A program made the translations under genes and the position numbers. A stretch of DNA of 64,000 nucleotides from Bilabrum cf. latius (lineage: Eukaryota): NCBI GenBank assembly GCA_965178125.1, contig OZ237769.1:248001-312000 (forward strand), read 5' to 3'. Shown piece by piece: positions 37,663-49,353 of the stretch (positions within the stretch are counted from its first letter, which is position 1; each line of letters begins with the position of its first letter). The notes beneath the pieces were generated by a model. That model worked only from the letters and a program-made list of their open reading frames with translations, ran no database searches and was not told where the DNA came from.

Positions 37663-38330
37663 ACAGATTTGGGACAAACCAGAGTATGGGTAAGATGCAA
37701 ACTACTGATTCTATCGGGCGAAAGATCCGGCATTGAACGTCAGAGAGTGCACGAAGTACACAGAGCGCAAACTTCCTAATTCAACGTACCTGCTTTAGCC
37801 ATGACTTTGTCTTTTTCTGCGGGTGCCGCTGCGGCCATCACGAACCGAATTGATCCGATTGTGATCCGTTCTCGTCAACGGCATTTCGGAATTCGGCCCG
37901 CCGGTGGTTCCAGTTCCGGTCTGGTGTCGCCGTGCCTCGTTCTCACACCTTATAGTACGAGTTGCCTCGCAGCGGAATAAGGAAGGATGCCTGAGCCCAA
38001 CACTGGTGGCACTGGTGGAATTCGTCGGTTGTTGGCCCGGTGCCAACGGGCTCCGTTTCCCCCCCACCTCAAGTGGCCCGAATGCGGGGTCTCCATGAAG
38101 TGCGCAAAATAGATGTATGCATCGATGAATCCCTTGATCTTTTGCACTCTCACAATTAGCTCCTATTCGTATTCTTGGAATACTAGAGTACTTCTCTGGT
38201 TTCGTCTGCAGACAGGACACCGTTGGTCACTTGGTGGCAACAGCGACCCCCACCCCAGCCACTTCAAGGCAAAGGAGAATCCCAACCCTGCAACCAACAT
38301 GGTGGATCTACAATCCACTTTACACACTCA

Positions 38331-40437
38331 TCACAGCGAGAATCCCTGCACGGCCATCGCATCCGCGAACGGCTCGATCAGCAGCGCCGTGCAAAAATAA
38401 AAGATCACGCCCAGAAAGATGCTAACCGGCAGTGCAGGCAGAGCACGCTCGCACACTGCCAGCAGCACCAGAGTCGCCACCAGCCCCATGATGATGGCCA
38501 CGAAGCACGCCGCCGCGGTTCCGAAACCCGACAGCGCCGCCCTCGACACCAGAACCGAGTAGAACACAAAGTCGCCCAGCCCGAGCTTGATCGCATCCTG
38601 CTCGTCGCTCTGAAGGCCCTCCATCCGGTCCTGGATCGTCTGGCGGATCTGCGCGTCGGCGGCGTCTCTGCTCTGCTGCTCGGCCACGCCCGCCGCGGAG
38701 TACTCAACGGACACATTCGGAGAAGCGGCCGGCTCCGCGGCGTGGGCTGTGCTAGCCCCAGCCGTCGACGCTGCCGCCGTGCGATCCTTCGCACTCGTCA
38801 CAGCATCTGCACCACCCTCACCGTCCCCCTCACCGTCACTGTGCTCCGAGGGCGGGCCCCTCTGCATCTGCAGCTGTGGCGCCACCGCCCCGGGGCCACC
38901 GGAGCTGCTGCCCCCCCGCTGTACCCTGCCGCCTACCACCACTGGACCACCTTCCGATTCCGGATCCGCGGCCGCGGGCAGCACCATGCTTCCATCTTGT
39001 TCCCCAGGCGCAAGGTAGTCACCTTCGTATCCCTGCACCTTGCCGTCACCCCCTTCCGTGAACGCGCCGCCGGACCCACCCTCGGCACCGTCGGGGCCCG
39101 GGCCCCCGACCCCTCGCCGTGTGACGAGTGTGTCCCGCATCGCCCCGTTGGCTCTCCTGCGTTGTTCCCTCTCCGTGCCCGTGCCCTCCCCTACGTTTGC
39201 CTCGTACAGCAGTCCCGGGATCGGATCCCGGTGCTGCTGCGCGGCTTGGATCAGGCAGTTGAGCGGTCCGCACGGGGTTAGAACCGCGCACAGGTCGTAC
39301 AGGGCGAGCATGACGAGGAGCGCCCATGCCGTCCACACGGGCAGCTTGGTTAGGATCCAAGCCATGATGACCGCGACCATGATCAGGTAGCCCTGAGTGA
39401 CCGTCCTTGGGATGCCGTTCTGGTAAAAGATGGAGAAGGTGCCCACCAGGCCGAAGTTGAGCATGAGGAAGGCGAAGGTCGGCCAGTCGATGATCACGTC
39501 GTACCGCTGCGTGTGTGTGACGAGTGGGGAGGGAGCGTGCTTGGCGTGCTTCACAGGTCGAGGAGGAATGGAGGCCCACGGCACGGCAAGCAGATCAGGG
39601 AAGATCGATGGGCGCTCCGGTGGATCGATCCACGATACGAGGACAAACACGCATCCAGGAAAGCACATGGCACCAATACATACCAGGCGCGCGATTCAAT
39701 ACCCCCAACACTTGCTCACTACGATGGCGTTGTACACGACGAAACCACCCGAGTAGGTGAGCAGCATCGTCATCGCAAACATCAGATAGCCTATCATGCA
39801 CGTGATGCAGCGGTACTTGTAACAAAGCACTAGTGCGAACGTAGCCAGGCATATAACTCCCACGATTACCAGCGCGTTCACCAGTGCTCGACCGATGATG
39901 GCAGGTTCCGCGTCGCTGCCTCCGCCACCGCTGCCGCCGCCACCGCCACCACCACCACTCGGCTCATCGTACACTAGATACACACTGCGCAGGATAGGAG
40001 GCTCACAATTGATTTCATGCATGAGAATTCAGACTTGAACTCGCATGAAATATCGTGCAGGGACAATGTTGCGGCTCATCTCACTTCAACCCTTGCGATA
40101 TCGCTTCGCTCTAATCTTTATCATTGACTATTAACACGATTGCACTAGCTAGCAGCATTGTGATTGCAACGGGGCGGATCACGGCAGCCAGATGATCTGG
40201 AGAGTATCGCCGCTCTTCCAAATCTTCATGGCCACCGTCAGACCCTGCCGAGCGCAGCGGTTCTCGAATTGCTGTTTCCTCTTCCATGGATTGATTGCAG
40301 ATTTCGTCTCTTGGTTCAGACCGGCTCTTAGTGAGCCGGTCTGGTCTCTTGGTGGCACTGACTGCAGCAGCGTCCGTTTCGTCCTTGGGTTCGTCTGAAG
40401 AGGCCCACGCGTTTCCTGGTGGTACCCTCTCACTCAT
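38331..40437 (-). CDS. PSEN: Presenilin (gamma-secretase aspartyl protease)
   Basis: Exons 40437-40085, 39984-39720 and 39506-38331 with GT-AG introns in matching phase. Motifs IRPVAITM, LYDLCAVLTPCGPL, KLGLGDFVFYS and LPALPVSI. TAG at 40111 in exon 1. Confidence 0.92.
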
Positions 40438-40932
40438 ACAGTGTAAATGAATTCAATGGGAGATACCGAAGCTGGTACCTGTGACTGAATGCGACTTGTG
40501 TTGGATTGTGTTGAGCGGCTCGAGTGGTGGTTGCAACCTAGAAAGCGCAGAGTGGTGACCTGAATCGCGTGTATGCTGGCCCACAAAACAAGACCATCAA
40601 GCTCGAGCGCATGCCATATCGACCCTACGCCCAACCTACGACCCGGTACCACAGCCCATCCCCTCGTATTCGACTGGGACAGCACTGAGAGGGGCCACCG
40701 CTCTACGCACCCTGTGCTCGTTCCACCCACCATCGAGCATCGTGCGACCAAAACGAGACCGCTCCCAGCACCGCTACCCCAGAGAGAGCAGGCTGCAGCA
40801 CTGCCACCACACACCTCAGCCGGCCGTGAGCCCCGCTCCGCCACTTGACGGCAGCAGACGCGCACCAACCGGCACCACCCCAGTCTGCATCCACCCCACC
40901 AAGAGCAACCCGCTGGCTGGACTCAATCCAGC

Positions 40933-41799
40933 TCATGCGCGCGGCTTCTCCTTCTTGCCCTTCCACAGCGCCAGCAGCGACACACCGGCCACCTTCACAA
41001 CCTTGAAACGCACACCGGGGATGTCACCAACGGCGTGGCCGGACCGGCCGAACCCAGCCACGAGCACCTCGTCGTTCTCATCGATGAAGTTGAGGGAACC
41101 GTCCTTGGGCACGAAGGCGGCGATCTTCTTTCCGTTCTTGATGAGCTGCACGCGCACGCTCTTTCGGATAGCGGAGTTGGGCTGCTTGGCCTCGATGCCA
41201 ATCTTCTCCACCACGATGCCCTTGGCCATGGACGCTCCTCCCAGGGGGTTGGCCTTCATGGCAGTCACGGAGTGAGCCTTCACGTAAGGCTTGCTGGCCC
41301 ACCGCTGGATTCGGCGGTGGTTGCGCAGCTTGCGCGCGGCCTGCATTCCCGACGGCTTTCTGCAATCAACGGAACGGTAAGAAGGCGAAGAAACAGCATG
41401 ACGACGACAAAACAACCAGCAGGCCACTTGACCAGATAAAATTCCTGATTGATACACTGTGATTCAGTATGCCCGCTCAACTTTGCACAGGAATCCCATG
41501 CAGGAAGCTATCACGGCTCTGAAGCAACCCAGGACTGTGCAACTATCAGCTTGTTTCCGGAACTATTAGCTGGAAATCAGCAGGTAAATTACCTAGTCAC
41601 CACTGGTAAATACAATAACTTTACAGCAGGCGCAAACTAGAAGGCTCTTCAGAGGTCATTCCTCAGTACCACATCGCAGCGGAGTGCCTCTTCACCAGTA
41701 CTGCTTGATCTGGAGGATTTCTACATGCTCTCGACACAGACAACAAGAAAAAGCAACATGATCTGCCATCCATAATCTCTGTACTCACCCACGAGTCAT
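40933..41799 (-). CDS. RPS23: 40S ribosomal protein S23 (uS12)
   Basis: Typical [21 protein letters not shown] and [13 protein letters not shown]. Probable 11-nt exon 1 (41799-41789, ATGACTCGTGG|GTGAGT) and intron 41788-41360, giving MTRGKPSG. No TAG codon; ends in TGA. Confidence 0.95.
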
Positions 41800-42542
41800 G
41801 GTTAGCACACAAGGTAAGTATTTGTTTGCGGACGGTCTCCATGGTGATCGGATCAAAATACACTGTATAAACAATAATATATCCAAAGGATTATTCGGAC
41901 GAAGGGCTCGGTGATCATCCAAAGTCTGGAATGAAATAGCATTTAGCATGAAGATTATAAAACTCATAAATAATTACACCGATCTGCTTGATGCAAGCTG
42001 TTAGTACGTGGCATTTTGATGTAAACAAGGCGCTTTCCTCTAGTTCGTTGAGCTTTACGACAACTGGAAACAAGTTCGTGCGTCAATAACTTGCATTTCG
42101 GTGATTTCATTTGTTTGAATGATAACTATTGGGGCGGATAACACCATGGAATTGTGAAGAGAAAACAGAGTGATGTTGACATTCCTAGCGCCTGCCTGCT
42201 GTGCCGCTTCCGATCGAAACCAATCGTTCCAATGCCATGGAACTAGTAGGCACCATAATGTGTTCACATTGCCTGTCAATTTTGTTCAGATGCCCAGCAA
42301 TCTTGTCTTATGCCACCAAATATCACCAGCACCTTTCGTTTGCCCTGTCACGTGACTGAGGTCATTCCTTATCCTGAGATCGCATAGATATCATAATCTA
42401 ACATCATGCTCACGCATGGAATCTCAAAAATTTTGCAGTTGGGTACACCCCAGCTGGCTCACATGAGCATCTCAAATGTAGGTTCCGCACTGCATTTTCG
42501 CGGCGCCACAGTTTGGATGCGACAGCAAGCACTCGTGCTACC

Positions 42543-44803
42543 ATGAGTGATGTCGCCGACATCCTAGGTGCTGCTCGCGGCAAAAAGGCTGGAACAGATG
42601 CATCCTCGGTGATCAAGGCTGCAAAGGCTGGCGCAAAGGGAAAAGCAGGGGGCAAGCGCAAGGGCCGCAAGCCGAAGGGGATGTCGCGAGAGCTATTTAA
42701 TCTAGTCGGTGACGGCAGTCTACCCACTCTAGTAAGTTTCTTTTTGTTTAGTTCTGTTTGTCATTTGATGCTCCATAATATAGCTCGTTCCTGTCAGTAA
42801 AGCTCCCAATATCCTCCATTGCAGATGCCAGCTCGGTCTACGCAAGTAAAATCAGCCAAGTACCGCCGTGGCGCACCCAAGGTCACAAAATGGGCACACC
42901 GACCATTCACAATAAGCACCAGGCGTGATCTATTAGAATTGCGCCACTGGGTGCGAGCATCGGCCGAGCTGCCAGACTATCCATTCACCCGGTTTGCAAA
43001 GCGTGTCGAGGTTGTCAAGTATACGGACGAGGAGTACGATTTGCTGCTGACGCCGCCTCCAGGGGCTACGAGCACCGATCAGGACAAGCGCTGGCCACGA
43101 CGGCACACCGACCACCTGTTCGATCTGTGCCGGCGGTACGATTTGCGTTGGCCGGTCATCCACGACAGGTTCGAGCTGCGGCCGCCCCACACGCTCGAAG
43201 ACATGAAGCTGAGGTTCTACACCACGATGGCGAGGGTCATTCGGTACAGGTCCGAGCGGCAGCAGATGACTCTCAAATCACAGTACACAGACTTTAGCTA
43301 CAACGCCCAGAGCGACATCAAGCGGCGCAAACAGGCCGACCGGTCCTTCAAGCGAACCCCCGAGCAGGTCGAGGAGGAACGTTCGCTGCTGCAGGAGGTC
43401 CGTGCCATCGACGCGCTCATGGCAGAGATCGCCGCCCGCGGTTTCGAGGGGGCAGATGCCGTCGTGCTCGCACTCGCACGGCGGGGCAACCCCACGGCGC
43501 CGGCGCCCATGGACGTGCTCCAGTCCCAGCGGGAGGAATCTTCATCTTCATCTTCGTCCTCCTCGGCGGCAGGGTCTTCGGCATCGTCCGGGACTGCGTC
43601 TGCCAACGGATCCTCCGCGTCTTCTACACCATCTTCATCTTTAAATGTTGCAGAGGGACCCATCGGCCCCGGGGGCCTGCCCGCCTCTGCCTTCGCGGCC
43701 GGCGCGCCGCCTAGCGGAGGCGCGGGGGCAGGGGCGGCGGCAAGCGGATCCGGAGCCGTAACTCCGGGCGCAGCGACCCCCGGCGGAACCGGCGCCGCGC
43801 CGCCGGCTACCCCGAGCGCCGCGGCGTCCACCGGTGGATCCCAGGCGGTCACCACGGCCCCCAACGGCCCGACGATCCGCAAGACCATCCCCCCCGCCAC
43901 GCAAGGCGGGCCAAGGGGGGGTGCAAAGGCTTGGACGGGGAAGTCAAGCGCTCTCCCCGTAGATCCCTTCTTCGGCGTGTCTCTTAGATCGGAGCAGATG
44001 CTCGCTGTGGTGAGGCATCCATTCGCGGACGTCCCGCATTCATGCCCTGGCGCTCACTGCCAGTCCCCCAAAGCTCCATGTCTTCGCCTCAACGCCCATC
44101 CCCCCTTCACCCCGCCACACCCCATTTACTTCGCACTCGTCAAACTCGTCACACCACGCAGCCGGATGGCAACAGCGCCGAGTCAAAGACCCACCAGCGG
44201 GTCACCTCCCTCCTCGGTGCGCTGGGGGTGCCACCAGCCCAACGGATCTTTCCGTGCGCCGCAACCCTGGAGGCTCTCACACGCCTGAGGCGAGCATGCA
44301 TCGCGCTGCTGCAGCTGCAGAAGACGGTGCAGAATCGAGAGTCGTAGGTGGTGAACCTTCAGTACAAGCGCAAGCAGATGTCCGCCATCCACCTCCTCAC
44401 CAAGGCCCCCCTGCCCACGCCCAGGCAGGTTGCCCTCCAGCAACAGAAGAAGCAGGCGCAGGAGGCAGCGAGGCAGTCTGCCGCGCGGGCCAGTCGGGTC
44501 GCCTCAGGCTCCGGGGCCTCAGTGGCCTCCGGCTCCGGGTCCTCCAGGGTGATGGCGCCGCAGCCCGTGGGGCGGACGCACACGACGAGAGCGGGTTCGG
44601 TGGTTGGCCGGGGGCAGGGGCCTTCTCAGGCCATGCTGGCTGGGCAGGGGATGGCTGTGATGGGGGCGTACCAGGCGAGCGGGGGGGCGGGGGCAGGTGC
44701 TCCGGTAGCTGGTCGCAAGCGGCGAGCGGCCGCCGAGGAGGGGGTGGCGGCTGCGACTGCGGCGGCGGGAGGAAAGGGGGGCAAGAGAAGGAGGACCGAG
44801 TGA
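42543..44803 (+). CDS. DMAP1: DMAP1/Swc4 (SANT-domain subunit of NuA4/SWR1)
   Basis: Exons 42543-42731, 42825-44009 and 44162-44803. Motifs MSDVADILG, GMSRELFNL, LELRHWV, YTDEEY, TDHLFDLCRRYDLRWPVIHDRF and GVSLRS. TAG at 44345. Confidence 0.88.
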
Positions 44804-44970
44804 TTACGATAGTGGGTATGTACGTCTTGAATCTGCGATTCCCCAGTATATTTCTGGGTGGGTGGAGCTCGGCAGCGGAACAACTGGTGAAGGTGAATCG
44901 CGCGGTGCCATCATGACCTCCACTCAGCAGCGGAGCTCCCACAATCGCATTCGCCACCTTGAAATTGAGC

Positions 44971-47525
44971 ATGATGGCAACGACTGTTCGCCTGTCTAGA
45001 GACTACTTGTTTCGCTACGCAGACAAGATAAGTGGTGGTGGCGAAGCAATCGTGTATGACGGAATTCCTTGCAAGGAAGCAGCCGACCAACCTGTTGTGA
45101 TAAAGATAGCATCGATCAGGCCATCCACAATCGAGTAGAAGGTACTCTCCCACGCCAAAAAACATAATATACAAGGTATTATTCGAATGATCGAAGCAGG
45201 TGCTGCTCCTGCGGGGCCGTACGTAGTCCTGGTGAGTTTAAGCAGTACCACCACTCCGCGCGACTGCATTCTCCACGCTCCATCCTCAAGATTTAGCTGC
45301 TCTTTTCCAAATTTATGCAGCCAAAGTTCAGTGGCGACGTACACCAGATTGTTTGTGGACCCAAGAACCGCGAACTTTGCAAATGCAGCCGGTGGCAAGG
45401 AGTGCAAGAGCCACATGCTGCAATAATCTTCATTCGAGTGGTTCGCGCCCTTTTGGGCCTACATTCGGCAGGAGTTGCCCATGGTGATATCAAGTTAGAG
45501 AATGTATTGTATCGCACTTCTAAGGAGGTCGTGGGCTCCGAGAGCTCCGAGGCAAAGGCTCCAACGGGTGGCAGTGATGAGAATAGCCGTGCCACAGAGC
45601 AATTCCTCTCTCAGCTGAAAGGCAAGTCGTGCGCAAGCCTCAGCCCTTCTGACATAGAGGCTCTTCGCACTTGTCCGGACATCAAGGTTGCCGATTTTGG
45701 CTTTGCTCACAGCATTTCAAACCGCGAGGCTGATTTGGCTTGGGACGCACTGGAATCGGGAAGAGAGCAAGAGCAGCGCTGGAGGAAGGAGGCGCATTCC
45801 CAAAGAACGTGTGCTGGATCTGGCTCGAATGATTCCCAGCGGGAAGTGAGCCATCTAGGCTCGGAGGGCCACAGGCAGCCAATCGTTCTACTCTCAGTAA
45901 ATCCCTAGCCGGGCAGGTTTGCTGGCAAGGCGCCAACTGGAGCACGCGTCGAGTTTACCAGCTTGGATAGTAGCGAGACGACTGTTGTGGGCCTTTCAAG
46001 GGGCGGAGTGGCAGGAATCCCAACGGCAGCGAGCATCTACGCGGCCGGAGCAGCTGCTCGCCGCTCGCCCGCGAGCACCGTCGACCTGCCTGCGAGCAGA
46101 GCCACTCGCACTCCGGGACCCGCGCGGAAAGGCAGCCACCCAGCCGAATTCTCATCCATTTCATCCCGAAGCGGCCCGATGACACCACACCTGGGGGCCT
46201 GCTCGGTTGGCGGTGCCGGTGCGTCGCTGGCCTCTGCCCACGCGGGCGTTGGGAACCTGGCGGCAGCGTTTCATTCCGCGAGGAGCACCCCGAGGGGTGC
46301 CTCTGCTGGGGAGGCAGGTAACGATCGTGACGAGTGCCGGTCGCGGTCTAGTTCGCAGTCTTCGTCTTCATCTTCGTCCTCGTCCTCGGAAGCAGCGCGC
46401 AAGCGGGCGGGTGCTGGGCCGGCAGCTCGCAGGACCGTCGAATTCGCCAGGGCCAGGTGCAGCGGTTCCGCCAGCAGCGCAAGCATGCAGGGTACACCCC
46501 CCATGCTGGGCGAGAAGCGTCGCCAGCGGAGCGAGACCTCTGTATCTGGTGTGACGAGTGAGATGCCGTGCTCCGGCGCCGGTGGAATGGAGTCTTCGGC
46601 CGGCGGCGGTGCCTGGCCCGACCCCCCGGTGCAGTGCGATGCACCCTCCCCACAGAGGCCCCCCATCCTGGAGCTCTGCCAGGAGCAGCTCCCCACCGGC
46701 AGCTTCATCGCCCCCGAGGTGCAGCTGCTGCGGTAGAAGAGAGGCAAAGAGGTGCTACGGAGGGACCCGGCGGCTGCGAGGGCTGCTGGGATCCTGTCCA
46801 GCAGGGGGGACGCCTGGGGCGCGGGGGTATGTCTAGCCGCTTTGACCACCCTTAGGTGCCCCGCGGGGTGTGCCAGGCGCAAGACAGTCGTGTTCCCCGC
46901 GCCCTTTGCTCCCGGTTCCGAATCCTCGGAAGCGGCCAGGGGTCCGCTGTCGGCTGCCCTCGGTCGGCTGATCCGTCGGCTGTGCGACCCTGACCCCGAC
47001 AGGCGCATGCGGCTGCACGAGGCGTGGGTGTGTGACGAGTGGGTGCTGTGGGCCAGGAAGCTTGAGATGGCGGCCAGCGGACGACTATGGGAGGGTTACA
47101 CAGGTGTGACGAGCGAAGATGCCATCGAGGACGGCAGCGGCTTTGGGGTGGTGAGGGTGTGCAGCGCACCCGGCGGCATCGGTGGCGGCGGTGTGACGAG
47201 TGAGATCGGTGGCTGGTCTATGCAGCGCTCTCTGTCTTCCTTCAGGTCGGTGCCTCCCTTGGCGGGCGGTACCCTCCGGCTGCGAGCGAGCACGATGGCC
47301 GGAGCAAGTGCTCGGGCGGTGGGACGGAGCTCCTCGAGCCAGTCCTCGGTAGTAGAGAGGAATGGGTCTATCAGCCCATAGAGGTGCAAGGGTGGCGCGT
47401 GCTCGTCTTCTCCCACTGGCGGCGCTTTCGGAGCAAGTGCTCCGCGTTCGCCTGGTTTCATCGCGAGGAGCAAGAGTGGGGGCGATGGGCTGGAGGGGAC
47501 GGCCAAGGTTGCCCGGCTGCTCTGA
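44971..47525 (+). CDS. Ser/Thr protein kinase with a large activation-segment insertion
   Basis: Exon 1 44971-45231 (ISGGGEAIVY, VVIK, IE*KVL), intron 45232-45320. Then HGDIKLEN, DFG (45693), APE (46710), DAWGAG and DPDPDRR. TAG at 45136, 45906, 46734 and 47379; TGA at 47523. Confidence 0.85.
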
Positions 47526-48887
47526 GATTGATCCAAGCATGCGTATATATAATGTGAATGTGCATTACTAAATATGAGTTTGTTGGTTGGTACCTTGTAA
47601 ACAATCCCCGTTTCACAGCAAAGTGTGACATGTCTCCCCAGTGATGAGTCACGGTGCAGTGGTGACTAACTCGTGATGAACAGTCTGATGTTATGAGAGC
47701 ACCCGTAGAACAGGGATTGGGGTCGCAAACAGGGCGCCTCAAGGTTGGTGGAAGGGGTGTATTCAGCACTCCGGGTGCCGCGCCTTTCAGAGCGCCAGCG
47801 CACTGCAACTGTCACCGGTCCATCTCATCGCAGCACGAGCTGAAGCATGTTTGCCCGATGTACTACAACGATAGTCAGTTTTGGTGATCGAGTCATAGAA
47901 TTAGCAGAGAAATATCCGCGAGGCAGCCCCAATGATGGCCGTCAAAAGGCAGGGCGTCGAAGGTATCTAAATCTGCGGCCCACTGGAGCTTCGGCGGCGC
48001 GATTCGCCGAAGTAATTACAGAAATTATAGAAAGAGGCAGCAAGCGTTTGCGTTGCTTAGATCTTCGGAACGACGTAGCAAAAGTAGAGTCCGTTCTCGC
48101 AGCCCTGCCAAATACGAACGTCCGCGCTTTATCCTGCACATGTGAAGAAACTGATGCTGCTGTCCCAGGACTTATTGCATGTTTGATTCCCATGTTGGGT
48201 GATTCAGGCGTACTGGCCCGGGTACAGCACTTGGCACTGCATGAATGCGGGCTCACAGCAGACTCTGCTCTCGAACTTGTCGAAGCAATCGGTTCCGGGC
48301 GGCTCAAAAGCCTCACTTCGATTGATCTTACTTGCAACGAAAGTATTGGTGGCTCAGCAAAGCCTGAAGCAGGTGCATAGCTCGGTCGCTCGGCATTCGC
48401 CGCTGGGCTTGCAAGCGTTCTCGGAAGCGGGGGGCCAAGCTGCCAGCTGCAAGAGCTTCGCCTAGCGCAATGCAAGCTGCCAGTAATCGATTGTACCACA
48501 ATTTTGCGCTCTTTACGCGGCAACGATACCCTAGAAGTCCTCGACTTGAGTGAGAACCACATGTCCGACGCATTGAACACGCCAGACTACGAACCAATCT
48601 TGGACGCACTCGAGCACGGGCTACAGGATAACTGCTCGCTGCAGGTGCTCGGGATCGGTGGCGAAGCAACGGAGGTACACACAGTAGAGAAGGTCCTTGG
48701 AATCGTGTGCCGTGGTCTACGATGGAACCAGGCGAGGAGTACGACAGCTTCACTTCGGTGCTGGCTGTGACACAGGCAGCAGCCCACCCATTCATGTGGG
48801 TAGGTGGTGCTTGCTCATTTGAAGAAGGAGGGACGCTTGGGTGCACGGTGTGCGATCCAATCAGTGGGGCGTGGTGCGACGGCCAGT
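46871..48887. repeat. Copy A of a 2-kb direct segmental duplication
   Basis: Near-identical to 55709-57835. Spans the kinase 3' end, the intergenic region and the LRR gene 5' half. Confidence 0.95.
47847..48887 (+). pseudogene. Truncated copy of the RI-like LRR gene at 56767
   Basis: Same N-terminal LRR region. An indel near 48711 changes the frame (TGA 48768), and homology stops at 48887. Confidence 0.65.
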
Positions 48888-49353
48888 ACATCTCAATGAA
48901 TAAGCTCTGGTCAACCTGCCGGTTGGTAATTGCTGAGAAAGCCGGCGATGGGGACGGGGTGAGCTGGCCCGTACCAGCCTCACCCGAGGTCTGCCCCCCC
49001 ACCATCACGTCCCGGTCGTCGTCAGGGAACGTGAGCTCCCTGCCGGCAGGTTTTATATCAATCACACATAAAACACATCAAGCAGGGACCAGTTGGCCGG
49101 ATCAGCAGGTAGCATCCTGCACCGCAGCCAGTCTGTCCTGTTCGGAATCAGTCGGGCCTGATCCCAAGTCTTACCGGCCCGTCCTGTGACTTGAGCTGGC
49201 TTCCTGGCCCAGCGTCTGACTTCCTTGGATGTACACGCTACCCAGTCAACATCTACATCTTCCTTTCCGCCTGCACACATTCAACCGTAGCACTTGCATT
49301 TAGCGACCATGTCATAGGCATACCTACGCACGAACTAAGGCGCTCATCAGTGA

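Noticed and set aside
41649-41695. Box C/D snoRNA-like motifs (GTGAAGA...CTGA, minus strand) in the RPS23 intron
   Set aside because: The C box is imperfect, the span is only 47 nt, and I could not identify a guide or terminal stem.
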